Source of the DNA: a virus
Reading direction: 5' to 3' (one strand)
DNA length: 64,000 nucleotides
IMG/VR virus record: IMGVR_UViG_3300046167_000873
Location: 86,921-150,920 of that record
The notes beneath the pieces were generated by a model. The model worked only from the letters and a program-made list of their open reading frames with translations, ran no database searches and was not told where the DNA came from. Shown one piece after another: positions 47,808 to 56,178 of this stretch (positions within the stretch are counted from its first letter, which is position 1; every line of letters begins with the position of its first letter). The translations under genes were made by a program, and so were the position numbers.

Positions 47808-47845
47808 AAAAAACTCCCGCGTACCAAACTAGGAAGAGGCGGGAG
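47808..47845 (-). terminator. Putative terminator hairpin
   Basis: CTCCCGC...GCGGGAG stem followed by a T tract on the - strand. Confidence 0.55.
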
Positions 47846-47854
47846 CCGTATACA

Positions 47855-48211
47855 TTAACTATCTGGGAATTCAGTATCGTCTGCAGTACCAGCCGGATCT
47901 GCTACTAAAGTAGTCGCAGTATTAGCAAAGTCTACCGCATCGCCAGTAGCAAATGCGTTTTTAGATAGAGCAACAAGTACTTCGTGATGGACTCGACCGG
48001 CACGAAGACCAGTTCCTTCTTCACGAAGAACCCAACCTGTAGGTACGCTGCCTTTTCCATCGCCGCGTGCTGCAGCTGATTCGTCAGTGTCTACTCCAAA
48101 CGTACCGATTGGTGTAGTACCATAGATATCTTGTCCGCTTTCGCCAGTATCACCGTCCGCAATAAACTTAGGTGCATCAGAAAGTTGGTCTCTATTTCCC
48201 CATTGTGACAT
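47855..48211 (-). CDS. Conserved virion structural protein (possible head decoration)
   Basis: MSQWG start, FGVD, GWV, GRVHHEVLVAL, DDTEFPD; GATAAATA late-promoter variant upstream. Confidence 0.65.
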   Translation of the reverse strand: MSQWGNRDQLSDAPKFIADGDTGESGQDIYGTTPIGTFGVDTDESAAARGDGKGSVPTGWVLREEGTGLRAGRVHHEVLVALSKNAFATGDAVDFANTATTLVADPAGTADDTEFPDS

Positions 48212-48250
48212 GGTTTTATCCTCTGAGTGGTTTACTTTTTATTTATCTGA

Positions 48251-49897
48251 TTATTTTTTTCGCATATTGCGAAGCTTCTTAAAATCCTTACTATCAATTT
48301 TGCCATCATCATGAACGTCCAGATGCTTATCTTGCGCTGGCGTTAGAGCTTCGTTCTTTTTAGCTAATTTTTTGGATGCAAGATCAGAGCCGTCTTCACG
48401 CTTTTTAGCTAAGTTTGCATTCTTCTTCATAGCAGGAGTATCATCCGCGAAATCACTTCGACGGCTTGCTGCCATTGAATAACTATTGCGAGCCTTAAGA
48501 GCTTTCTTGTTGGCCTTCTTAATATAAGATTTAAGAGTAGAAGTATCAAGCTCAACTACCTGCTTGACATCTTCGTGAACAGGATTTTCCCGATCAAAGA
48601 CTTTTTGGTCTGCACGATCTTGACCACGTTGTCGTTTAGCCATCTTCTTGTCGTGGTACTTCTTCCCCGCTTCGCCTGGATTATACTTGTCGCCAGCAAC
48701 AGCGTGCTTATCTGCTTCACGACCTGCTTTCTTAGAATAAGACTTAAGAGTAGAAGTATCAAGCTCATCAACCTGCTCGACTTCTTCGTTGTATCTCCTT
48801 TTAGCTCGATCAATACCGCTTTGACGTTTATCGGCTTTGGCGAATCTCTTGTTGCCTTTATCAAATTCCGAGTCGCTCATTTTAGTGTCGCCAAAGCTGG
48901 CTGCTGATTGACTCCTGTCTAAGTGATCCATACCATGTGCCTTGTTCACATTGCGGCTTTTTATTGCCTTGGATAGATAACTCTTAACAGTATTTTTTTT
49001 TAGTTCATTAACTTGCTCGACTTCGTCAGGTTGACTTACTGACTCGTGGTGAGTTTTCATACCAAGGTTCTTTTGGTTGTAACCCATCTTGTTCATATGC
49101 GACTTATATGCTTTGTGCGCTTCACTACCAGATCCACCAAGATGCTTCTTGACAAAATCGCCGTGAAAACCCTTCTTACCACTTGACACCATACCGTTAT
49201 CGTGGTTGTCTGCATCGCTAGTGTGCTGCTTTACTGCGGCAGCAGCTTTGTCGCCATGAACAGATTTAATTTTATTCAGGATCTGGCCAGCTGCTGCTTT
49301 ACCGTAGTTTTGAAAGTGCTTCGCAGCAAGGTGACCTAGATTGTTCTCATCGAGTTGACTCATTTCAGCAAAGTGACTTACTGACTCGTGATGAGTTTGC
49401 ATGCCAAGGTTCTTTTTCGTGTAACCCATCTTGTTCATGTGAGACTTGTACGCTTTATGTGCTTCACTGCCCGACCCGCCAAGATGCTTACTGACGAAAT
49501 CCTTGTGAAAACCCTTCTTGCCTGACGATACCGTGCCGTTATCATGGTTATCGGCATCAGCAGAGTGTTGCTTTACAGCAGCAGCAGCGGAAGCACCATG
49601 AACAGATTTGATTCGGTTCAGAGTCTGAGCAGCTGCTTGTGATGCTCGCTCTGGATTACGGTGACCTGACTCTGAGTTTGAGTTACTGTAGTGCTGGAAG
49701 TGCTTTGCAGCGAGGTGACCAAGATTGGACTCTTCAATTTGACTCATCTCGTCAAGATAGATGCTGTACGCTTCTTTGACAGACATTTTTTTCTTTTCAT
49801 CTGCTTTAGAAGCATGAACTGCTTTTCGTTGAGCATCTGATACATAACCCTCACGATTTAAAATTCGATCAATAAGATCTCTTGTTATATCTCTCAT
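48251..49897 (-). CDS. Putative capsid-internal polyprotein (basic modules separated by acidic linkers)
   Basis: Duplicated His-rich module, three ExVxQVxE linkers, EF-hand-like final module. Confidence 0.7.
   Translation of the reverse strand: MRDITRDLIDRILNREGYVSDAQRKAVHASKADEKKKMSVKEAYSIYLDEMSQIEESNLGHLAAKHFQHYSNSNSESGHRNPERASQAAAQTLNRIKSVHGASAAAAVKQHSADADNHDNGTVSSGKKGFHKDFVSKHLGGSGSEAHKAYKSHMNKMGYTKKNLGMQTHHESVSHFAEMSQLDENNLGHLAAKHFQNYGKAAAGQILNKIKSVHGDKAAAAVKQHTSDADNHDNGMVSSGKKGFHGDFVKKHLGGSGSEAHKAYKSHMNKMGYNQKNLGMKTHHESVSQPDEVEQVNELKKNTVKSYLSKAIKSRNVNKAHGMDHLDRSQSAASFGDTKMSDSEFDKGNKRFAKADKRQSGIDRAKRRYNEEVEQVDELDTSTLKSYSKKAGREADKHAVAGDKYNPGEAGKKYHDKKMAKRQRGQDRADQKVFDRENPVHEDVKQVVELDTSTLKSYIKKANKKALKARNSYSMAASRRSDFADDTPAMKKNANLAKKREDGSDLASKKLAKKNEALTPAQDKHLDVHDDGKIDSKDFKKLRNMRKK
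49033..49747 (-). repeat. Tandem intragenic duplication of a 110-125 aa module
   Basis: Copies about 49375-49747 and 49033-49363 share NLGHLAAKHFQ..IKSVHG..HLGGSGSEAHKAYKSHMNKMGY..THHESVS. Confidence 0.9.
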
Positions 49898-49909
49898 TGT
49901 TTATTCCCC

Positions 49910-50830
49910 TTATTTTAATAATTCTGGCATGTGTTTTTTAAATACTTTAAGAACATCTTTATCTGCATCTTTTGATTTTAAGAATGCTCTTAAATCCCTA
50001 GTGTCGTTATCTGCGGATTGATTTAAAAGAAACGCAGCCATTTCACCAGAAGATGATTTTATTTTCTTGAGTTCGTTTTCTACTTTACCTTTCTTTGCGA
50101 TCCGCATTTTCAAAGACGCTTCGTTTATCTTCGCAATAAGGCCGTCGACTTCTTCACGAGCGAGTTTCTTATTTGCTAACTCAATTCCCTTGCGTCTCTT
50201 CGCAGCACGAGCTTTGAATGTGTTTTTAATCCAAGCGTGCTGAGGCTCAGGGTAGTGAGATGCATTGGTCTCGCCAGCTTTAGCAGAAAGCTCTGACTTT
50301 TTCTTATAAGACTGTAAAGTAGATTTATCCAACTCATCAACCTGTTCGACGTCTTCTTTTCTATAAGGATAATCCGAAAGTTTACCAGTAGCACCAACTT
50401 TTGTTTTACCAGCTAATTTTTTATCTGCAAGATCGTGGCCTTTTTCACGGCGCTTTTGAATCTCAGTTGCACCCGCTGCTTTAGCATCACGGTGATGAAG
50501 TGCTGCTTGATCTTGGTATCGTTGGATTGTCTTTTTAGTCAGCTCATTAATTTGTTTTAACTCTTCAAGTGATCTCTGCTTTTTCCTATCGTATGAGCCT
50601 TTACCTTTTTTTGGTTTCATGGCGCCAGGTTTACGACCAGAAAGAATATCGCTTAACCTCTTTCTAGCAGATTTTTTATTCATATCTGCTTCTTTAATTT
50701 CCTTATCGCTCATTTTATCTTGTCCTGGAGTTTTATTTTTAAAATCTTTTACGCCTTCGGGTTCACCCCATTTGTGCAAAGGGCCGTCTGGATCTTTTTT
50801 ATTCGGCACCTGACTCACCGTTTTGATCAA
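49910..50830 (-). CDS. Putative capsid-internal polyprotein
   Basis: Lys-rich modules separated by EELKQINE, EDVEQVDE and EEVDGLIAKINE; start codon uncertain. Confidence 0.65.
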   Translation of the reverse strand: MIKTVSQVPNKKDPDGPLHKWGEPEGVKDFKNKTPGQDKMSDKEIKEADMNKKSARKRLSDILSGRKPGAMKPKKGKGSYDRKKQRSLEELKQINELTKKTIQRYQDQAALHHRDAKAAGATEIQKRREKGHDLADKKLAGKTKVGATGKLSDYPYRKEDVEQVDELDKSTLQSYKKKSELSAKAGETNASHYPEPQHAWIKNTFKARAAKRRKGIELANKKLAREEVDGLIAKINEASLKMRIAKKGKVENELKKIKSSSGEMAAFLLNQSADNDTRDLRAFLKSKDADKDVLKVFKKHMPELLK

Positions 50831-51011
50831 AGGTTACCGCAGGTTGTACCGGTTCAATAGTTGGTACTTCATTTTCTTTTGCTCTAGCATAAGCTGTTGC
50901 AGGATTAAATTGTGCCTCAGCGTTTTGCTGGTAAAGATCTTGATTCTTTTGAACGACATCTAAAACAGAAGCCATCAAATTAGCATTTTGTTTTGTACTT
51001 TTAATATCCAT
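50799..51011 (-). CDS. Hypothetical late protein
   Basis: AGGAG RBS and AATAAATA late-promoter variant upstream. Confidence 0.65.
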   Translation of the reverse strand: MDIKSTKQNANLMASVLDVVQKNQDLYQQNAEAQFNPATAYARAKENEVPTIEPVQPAVTFDQNGESGAE

Positions 51012-51041
51012 TGTGATAACTCCTATTGTGTCTGTTATTTA

Positions 51042-52661
51042 TTAAGCTAAATCTTTATCGTGGTTTAAACCACCTTTCTTCTTCTTCGTAATAAAGGCGT
51101 TTACGCGCGCATGTCCCCATTGTTGTGGAGTAGTACCAGGACGATGGCCTGTTTTCCATGCTGCAACACCACGGTTATAAACCTTTTTTAAAGTAGCTAC
51201 AGAAATACCAGACTTCTTTGACTTTTCAGCAAAACTATTTTCTTGTATAACTTCTTCTTTATTGAGTTTTTTATTTCTTGCATCACGTTCTTTCTTTAAC
51301 AACGCTGCAACTGCGCTCATTTTCTGACGATCAGCAGATGTAGGTTGATTTGCTTTAGATGCACGATAGTCAGCAAAGTTAGTTCCTTCATCAGCTTGCT
51401 CGACTTCTTCAGAGAAACCAAAGACCTTGTCTACCTTCTTCTTACCATACTTGGCACGTAAGATTTCAGAGACAGCACCTTCTTTATCATAACCCTTGAC
51501 ATCGTCACCTCTGTTTACAAGAGCAACTTTATTACGGAGTTGTTTGATAGGCATCTTCTTCAGTTCTTGATATTCTTTATACATCGGTGAAGACTTATCA
51601 ATCTTGCCTTCATCAACCTGCTCGACTTCTTCACCCTGCCACTCTGGTTCTTGTTTCTGTCTATTTTTCTGCAAATAATCATGATCTGCTTTAGTCCATT
51701 TTCCAGAACTAGACTTCTTACCAACTTCTTTCTTTACTTCCGGTTTTTTAGCCTGCTCGAGCGACTCTGGAACACAGTTAGGAACTTGCTTATCACCTTT
51801 CTTCTTCATGCCTTGTTGCTTATACCCTTTCCAACAAGTCTTTTCATCCATCATATTGTCAACAAATTTAGTAAATCTTGATTTCTTCATTGGCTTTTCT
51901 CTCGCTTCTTTATCTCCAGGTGCATCTTTATACGCTGATGGATTATCATCGCTCTTTGGACCGTGCTTCTTGAAGTGTGCATCTCGCTTTGCTTTTGTTG
52001 TTTTCTTTAAACCTTTGTGATATGCAGCGGGTTGGGTGCCCTCTCTATCTTTAATATCAGGATCTTGTGCTGACTTTTCTTCGGAGAACTCAACACCAGT
52101 TGCATGAGGCTTCAGATCTTTATGCAGTCTATCAGCATGTGCTTTACTCTTTGCTTTAAAGATTACACCCTTATCAGTAGAACCACCATACTTAATATGA
52201 CCAGCCTTTTCATGTTTCTTCATCACATCATTAGCTTTCTTTTGACGAGAATCACCATCGAGGTGATCAAGGCGTACATGAATCTCTGACTCAGTCATAG
52301 CGTTCTTGATTCGGGTATCTCTTCGACGTGCTTGATCCATCATGCGGTCATGCTTTTCTTTATCGGCTTGTTTTTCTCGCTGAATCTTTTCTCTCGCCAT
52401 CTTAGCATTGACACTTTCTTTTTGAAGTAACTCGTAAGCAACCTTTGCATCAATTGGCAAGCTATACTTGTCAACAATCTTTGAAACACGAAAAACCTTA
52501 GTTGCGCCGAGATTTTCTACTGTCTTTAATTTCTTTTTAATAAAATCAAGTGCTTTTTTATACTTCTTTCTATGAACTGTTTTTGCTCCAATAACTTTCA
52601 TCATTGACGCTGCTTCATCAACGCACTCACCTTCGTCTAAAAACTGACCAAACCTTTTCAT
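51042..52661 (-). CDS. Putative capsid-internal polyprotein with CTS-like N-terminus and DUF5824-like C-terminal module
   Basis: MKRFGQFLDE; CWKGYKQQGMKKKGDKQVPNCVPE; two EEVEQxDE linkers; KSGIS..LKKVYNRGVAAWKTGHRPGTTPQQWGHARVN. Confidence 0.75.
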   Translation of the reverse strand: MKRFGQFLDEGECVDEAASMMKVIGAKTVHRKKYKKALDFIKKKLKTVENLGATKVFRVSKIVDKYSLPIDAKVAYELLQKESVNAKMAREKIQREKQADKEKHDRMMDQARRRDTRIKNAMTESEIHVRLDHLDGDSRQKKANDVMKKHEKAGHIKYGGSTDKGVIFKAKSKAHADRLHKDLKPHATGVEFSEEKSAQDPDIKDREGTQPAAYHKGLKKTTKAKRDAHFKKHGPKSDDNPSAYKDAPGDKEAREKPMKKSRFTKFVDNMMDEKTCWKGYKQQGMKKKGDKQVPNCVPESLEQAKKPEVKKEVGKKSSSGKWTKADHDYLQKNRQKQEPEWQGEEVEQVDEGKIDKSSPMYKEYQELKKMPIKQLRNKVALVNRGDDVKGYDKEGAVSEILRAKYGKKKVDKVFGFSEEVEQADEGTNFADYRASKANQPTSADRQKMSAVAALLKKERDARNKKLNKEEVIQENSFAEKSKKSGISVATLKKVYNRGVAAWKTGHRPGTTPQQWGHARVNAFITKKKKGGLNHDKDLA

Positions 52662-53251
52662 TTTTTATCTCCAGATTTACCAATTAAACCTAAAACTTTT
52701 CTTTTGTTTTGAACAGTTAAACTATTAAAGTCTTGTTTCCAAGATTTTACATCACGAGAAGAAACTTGAGCAGCGTTACCAGCAGCAACACCAAGAACAA
52801 TTGCACCAATAAGCGCCATTTTTGCCAACTTGCCTTCTTCTAATGAATTGTTGCCTTCATATGCAATAAATGGTGTCTTTGATTGAAAGTTCTTTTTTCT
52901 CATAATCGTTTTTGCTTTAACAGCAATCATCTCTTTACCAGATCTATCTCTTTCAGGTTTAATCACTGCTGGTATATTAATCTTAGACTTCTTATCTTTT
53001 AATACAGCTTCAGAACCCTTTTTTGCTTTAATCTTTTTACCTTGTTGACCATCTATTTTATCGATGATTGAAGAAATCTCATCAGCAGAAATATCTGGCT
53101 TATTTCTAGGATCATTAATCCTGTCCCTAAAATGATTGCCTTTAATATCAAGATCAATCTTATGCTTCTTTAATTTTAAGTCGGCTTTTTTCTGCAATGC
53201 ATTCAACTCAGAATTTGAAACGTCTTCTTTAAATTGACTAAATGATTTCAT
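52658..53251 (-). CDS. Putative capsid-internal protein with CTS-like N-terminus
   Basis: Likely start MKSFSQFKE at 53251; HFRDRINDPRN..KTIMRKKNF module, then a second module after SLEE. Confidence 0.7.
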   Translation of the reverse strand: MKSFSQFKEDVSNSELNALQKKADLKLKKHKIDLDIKGNHFRDRINDPRNKPDISADEISSIIDKIDGQQGKKIKAKKGSEAVLKDKKSKINIPAVIKPERDRSGKEMIAVKAKTIMRKKNFQSKTPFIAYEGNNSLEEGKLAKMALIGAIVLGVAAGNAAQVSSRDVKSWKQDFNSLTVQNKRKVLGLIGKSGDKK

Positions 53252-53253
53252 CG

Positions 53254-54084
53254 TTAACAGTTCCAACGCTTTAATGACATTGCCTTCCTTGTCGGACGAC
53301 CTTTCTCGTCTTTCATAGGACCTTTCATTCCGCCCATTCGAGCACAAAATGATTTACGGCGCTTAGCAGCTTTACCGTCTGGATCGAGCTTACTTGGTGG
53401 AGTAGTTACAGCAGTTTTAACGCCAGCTGCCTTTGCACCTTTACGCGTCAAGCCAGCACCATCCTCGGTTGGTCGCCTATGACCTTTGGCATCATCACCA
53501 CGCTTATTTGGTTTGTCATCTTCGGTGATTGCGAGTTCAGTGTTGATAGCATCAAACGTTTCTTGAGCTGACATAGTATTGCGATATTCTAAAAATGCTT
53601 CCTTTAAATCTTCGTAGCATACATTGTACTTTTCGCTTTTCCTACGCAGATTCTTTTCAATCTTTTCGGTAATGATCTTCTTATATTCAGTTTCATAGAA
53701 ACCATAAACGACATTCATGATGTCATAGTTTTCACGACGAGTTTTTCTTGCTTGACTTAGCCTGCTCATTTCAGCTTTTCGTACTTTAGGAAGTAAGCGT
53801 TTAGCAAGACGAGCAATAACGGCTTTCTTATTAGATAATTTCTTATCAACCTGAGCTCGTTGTGAAAAGCCTAATTTTTTATAGTCTTGGCCGATCTTTC
53901 CTGCTAGTTTACCACGCAAAATTTGACGAGCTTGTTTTTGTGCCCGATTCTTTAGCTTTTTCTGGTCAGCCATTTTAAACTTTGCTTTCTTTCTTCCAAT
54001 TCTCAGTTTGCCCTTGATTCTTTTGGCAACCTGTCTTTTCTTCATTCTTTGCTGTAAATTTAGCACTTCATTGATATTAGACAT
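53254..54084 (-). CDS. Highly basic putative prohead-core/internal protein with DUF6321-like C-terminal module
   Basis: INE then an Arg/Lys-rich domain (LQQRMKKR..KLKNRAQKQAR); after AITE, GAGLTRKG..RRKSFCARMGG..SLKRWNC. Confidence 0.7.
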   Translation of the reverse strand: MSNINEVLNLQQRMKKRQVAKRIKGKLRIGRKKAKFKMADQKKLKNRAQKQARQILRGKLAGKIGQDYKKLGFSQRAQVDKKLSNKKAVIARLAKRLLPKVRKAEMSRLSQARKTRRENYDIMNVVYGFYETEYKKIITEKIEKNLRRKSEKYNVCYEDLKEAFLEYRNTMSAQETFDAINTELAITEDDKPNKRGDDAKGHRRPTEDGAGLTRKGAKAAGVKTAVTTPPSKLDPDGKAAKRRKSFCARMGGMKGPMKDEKGRPTRKAMSLKRWNC

Positions 54085-54095
54085 GCTTTTCCCTG

Positions 54096-54196
54096 TAATA
54101 ACAGAGAAGCAAGGATGAGGCGGGATATAAAGAATCCTGGCGATTGCCAGAATATGATGAAGGATTGCCTCAGCCTAACTTCATTAATTGTTATTA
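54096..54196 (-). ncRNA. Predicted structured 5' leader RNA of the internal-protein operon
   Basis: Nested complementary arms TAATAACA/TGTTATTA, GAAGTTAGG/CCTTGCTTC, TGAGGC/GCCTCA, CTGGC/GCCAG. Confidence 0.55.
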
Positions 54197-54204
54197 TACT
54201 TATA
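54197..54204 (-). promoter_or_regulatory. Late-promoter variant TATAAGTA
   Basis: One mismatch to TATAAATA, immediately 5' of the structured leader. Confidence 0.5.
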
Positions 54205-54209
54205 TGTTT

Positions 54210-54818
54210 TTAAAATTCACTAAATGGAACGTGATCCCAGGGTAACATGGTCTTTGGATCGTTGGATAAGTTGACTATTTGTGTATCACCTTTAAGAGCG
54301 ATCAGGCGATCCATAAGCGTCTTATATGGATCGGCCATTGCAATATACTCAGGTACATTTTTAAATTGCCAGAGAGGATCTGGGATGCCTCTGGTTTGCA
54401 TATCATATCCAACACCGTATGCTGCAGTTGATCCATCTGGTTGTGGTGTATAGTTCATATCAAAACCAATACAACCAATATGAGTCGGTTTTAAGTGGTG
54501 AAGTATCCAATACATTGTACCGAAATAGATAGGCAGACCTAAGTAAATCCTTGCTTTTTCCCATGGCATCTTTGACATGCCGCAATACGATGCTTTGAAT
54601 CCAAGATTGCCTTCTCTCGAGTGTACTTTCTGATACGCTCTCTTTTTCATATAGAGTTGTTTTCTTAAATCTTGAGGATAATCACCTGCATGTATTAAAT
54701 GGTCCCATTTCGTTGTTACTCGCCAAACATTATTTACACCAACAACCGTAACTTTATCTGTGTGCCAGTCGTTTATTTGTACGAGACTTGGTCCTGATCC
54801 TGCTGCAATGACTTTCAA
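54210..54818 (-). CDS. Putative sugar-transfer protein (DUF115/sialyltransferase-like Rossmann fold)
   Basis: IAAGSGPSL, VVGVNN, HIGCIGFDM. Confidence 0.55.
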   Translation of the reverse strand: MKVIAAGSGPSLVQINDWHTDKVTVVGVNNVWRVTTKWDHLIHAGDYPQDLRKQLYMKKRAYQKVHSREGNLGFKASYCGMSKMPWEKARIYLGLPIYFGTMYWILHHLKPTHIGCIGFDMNYTPQPDGSTAAYGVGYDMQTRGIPDPLWQFKNVPEYIAMADPYKTLMDRLIALKGDTQIVNLSNDPKTMLPWDHVPFSEF

Positions 54819-55591
54819 AATCTACGGCCTCTTGCATGGTCTCTATCTTTAAACATAAAGCAGTCATAGTGACTGCCGTGATGACCTGTTTTTGTGAGAC
54901 TATCATTAAGTGTTTTGATTTCTCTGTATCCATATTTTTCATGGTTTTCAACAAATATATTATAGCCATGACTTCGCACTTCGTCTTCCATATCTTGCAT
55001 TGTATAGTTTTGTTCTTTTAATGCCAGATCACTGCATTCAATATAAAGGACAGGCGAGTGCTTCTTTAATAGTTCACGAAATCCTTTTAGCGCCCTAATT
55101 TCACTACCTTCAATATCCATCTTTACAAAATCAATACTATCCAAATCCTTAAACATTTCATCAAGAGTAAAACCTTTGACCCCTGTTTTAGATGGGTGGT
55201 ATTGCTTAATCCAGCTTTCGTTTGCTTTTACTCTTGATGGGTCTTTTACAGCCATTGTTTGATTACTATCAGAAACAATCGCATGGATTGGTGCGATAAC
55301 ATTCTCTAGTCGATTATGCTTTATATTTCTTAAAAGAACTTCATAGCTTTCATTAGTCGCTTCAACAGCATAAATCTTTGGTGGTTTACACTGCAACGCA
55401 AAAGGAATCGAGAAGGTTCCAACATGTGCACCAATATCTAAAACAATATCTGTGCTATGTATGACTTTTTGATCTAACATGATCTTTTGCTTTGGTGTTT
55501 GTAATCCACCGTATCTGACCATGTTACTGTATATTTTATCGTCTGGAACTTCGAGGTTGCCATACTTAGACTCGATCATTTTTGTTTTCAT
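54815..55591 (-). CDS. FkbM-family methyltransferase
   Basis: VLDIGAHVGTFS, AVEA, TLDEM, FVKMDIEGSE..LKG. Confidence 0.9.
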   Translation of the reverse strand: MKTKMIESKYGNLEVPDDKIYSNMVRYGGLQTPKQKIMLDQKVIHSTDIVLDIGAHVGTFSIPFALQCKPPKIYAVEATNESYEVLLRNIKHNRLENVIAPIHAIVSDSNQTMAVKDPSRVKANESWIKQYHPSKTGVKGFTLDEMFKDLDSIDFVKMDIEGSEIRALKGFRELLKKHSPVLYIECSDLALKEQNYTMQDMEDEVRSHGYNIFVENHEKYGYREIKTLNDSLTKTGHHGSHYDCFMFKDRDHARGRRF

Positions 55592-56178
55592 AGATACAGT
55601 TCCGTGTCGATTCTTGTGTGAGCCTTTATATTATATCCAAGTTCTGCATATAATTCTGCAACCTTATTTCTTTCTTCTATTGCTGCGTGCTTGTGTTCAA
55701 ATATAATTCTTTTTGGATACACTGACTTATCTTTCCCTACAAGGTACGAATAATAATCAATGAGTATTTTACAGTCATTGCCTTCTACATCAATCTTTAA
55801 CTGCTTTATTTCTTCAATCTGCTTTAACTCTATAAAATCACCGAGTGACATCTGCGGCACAGTTGTCTTTACAAACTTGTGTTCCATCTTAAACCGAATT
55901 GCTTCTGGGTGCATATAACCAATTGAGTTACAACCTTTCCACCAATAAGGTAGATTTTCTTGAGCAATGATTTCAGGTGGTATATGATATATTTCACATG
56001 TTCCATTTGTACCATCAGGTGAAATTGCAATACAGCATTTCTCTACCTTAGGTTTATTCGGTAACCTATCTAGATATGTTTGTATCGGCTCTATTGAGAA
56101 TCCAACAGTGTGATCATCAGCAACCTCGATTAATGTCCTAAAATCACTTGTACCAATTTCTATAAAATCCACATTCAT
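55588..56178 (-). CDS. FkbM-like methyltransferase
   Basis: FIEIGTSDF, SIEP, LKIDVEGND, IIFEH. Confidence 0.8.
   Translation of the reverse strand: MNVDFIEIGTSDFRTLIEVADDHTVGFSIEPIQTYLDRLPNKPKVEKCCIAISPDGTNGTCEIYHIPPEIIAQENLPYWWKGCNSIGYMHPEAIRFKMEHKFVKTTVPQMSLGDFIELKQIEEIKQLKIDVEGNDCKILIDYYSYLVGKDKSVYPKRIIFEHKHAAIEERNKVAELYAELGYNIKAHTRIDTELYL

Larger units (their letters stand above)
48552..51632 (-). repeat. Dispersed 23-nt repeat GAAGAAGTCGAGCAGGTTGATGA (encodes EEVEQVDE), six copies
   Basis: Copies at 48552 (19/23), 48765 (23/23), 49005 (20/23), 50334 (21/23), 51388 (21/23), 51610 (23/23). Confidence 0.85.

Noticed and set aside
48552-51632. CRISPR array interpretation of the 23-nt repeat
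   Set aside because: Spacing is irregular (about 200-1300 bp), all copies are in frame within genes, the repeat is not palindromic and there is no cas operon.
53252-53347. N-terminal extension MCSNGRNERS... of ORF 52658-53347
   Set aside because: It overlaps the upstream gene; the ATG at 53251 gives a CTS-like start just after the upstream stop.
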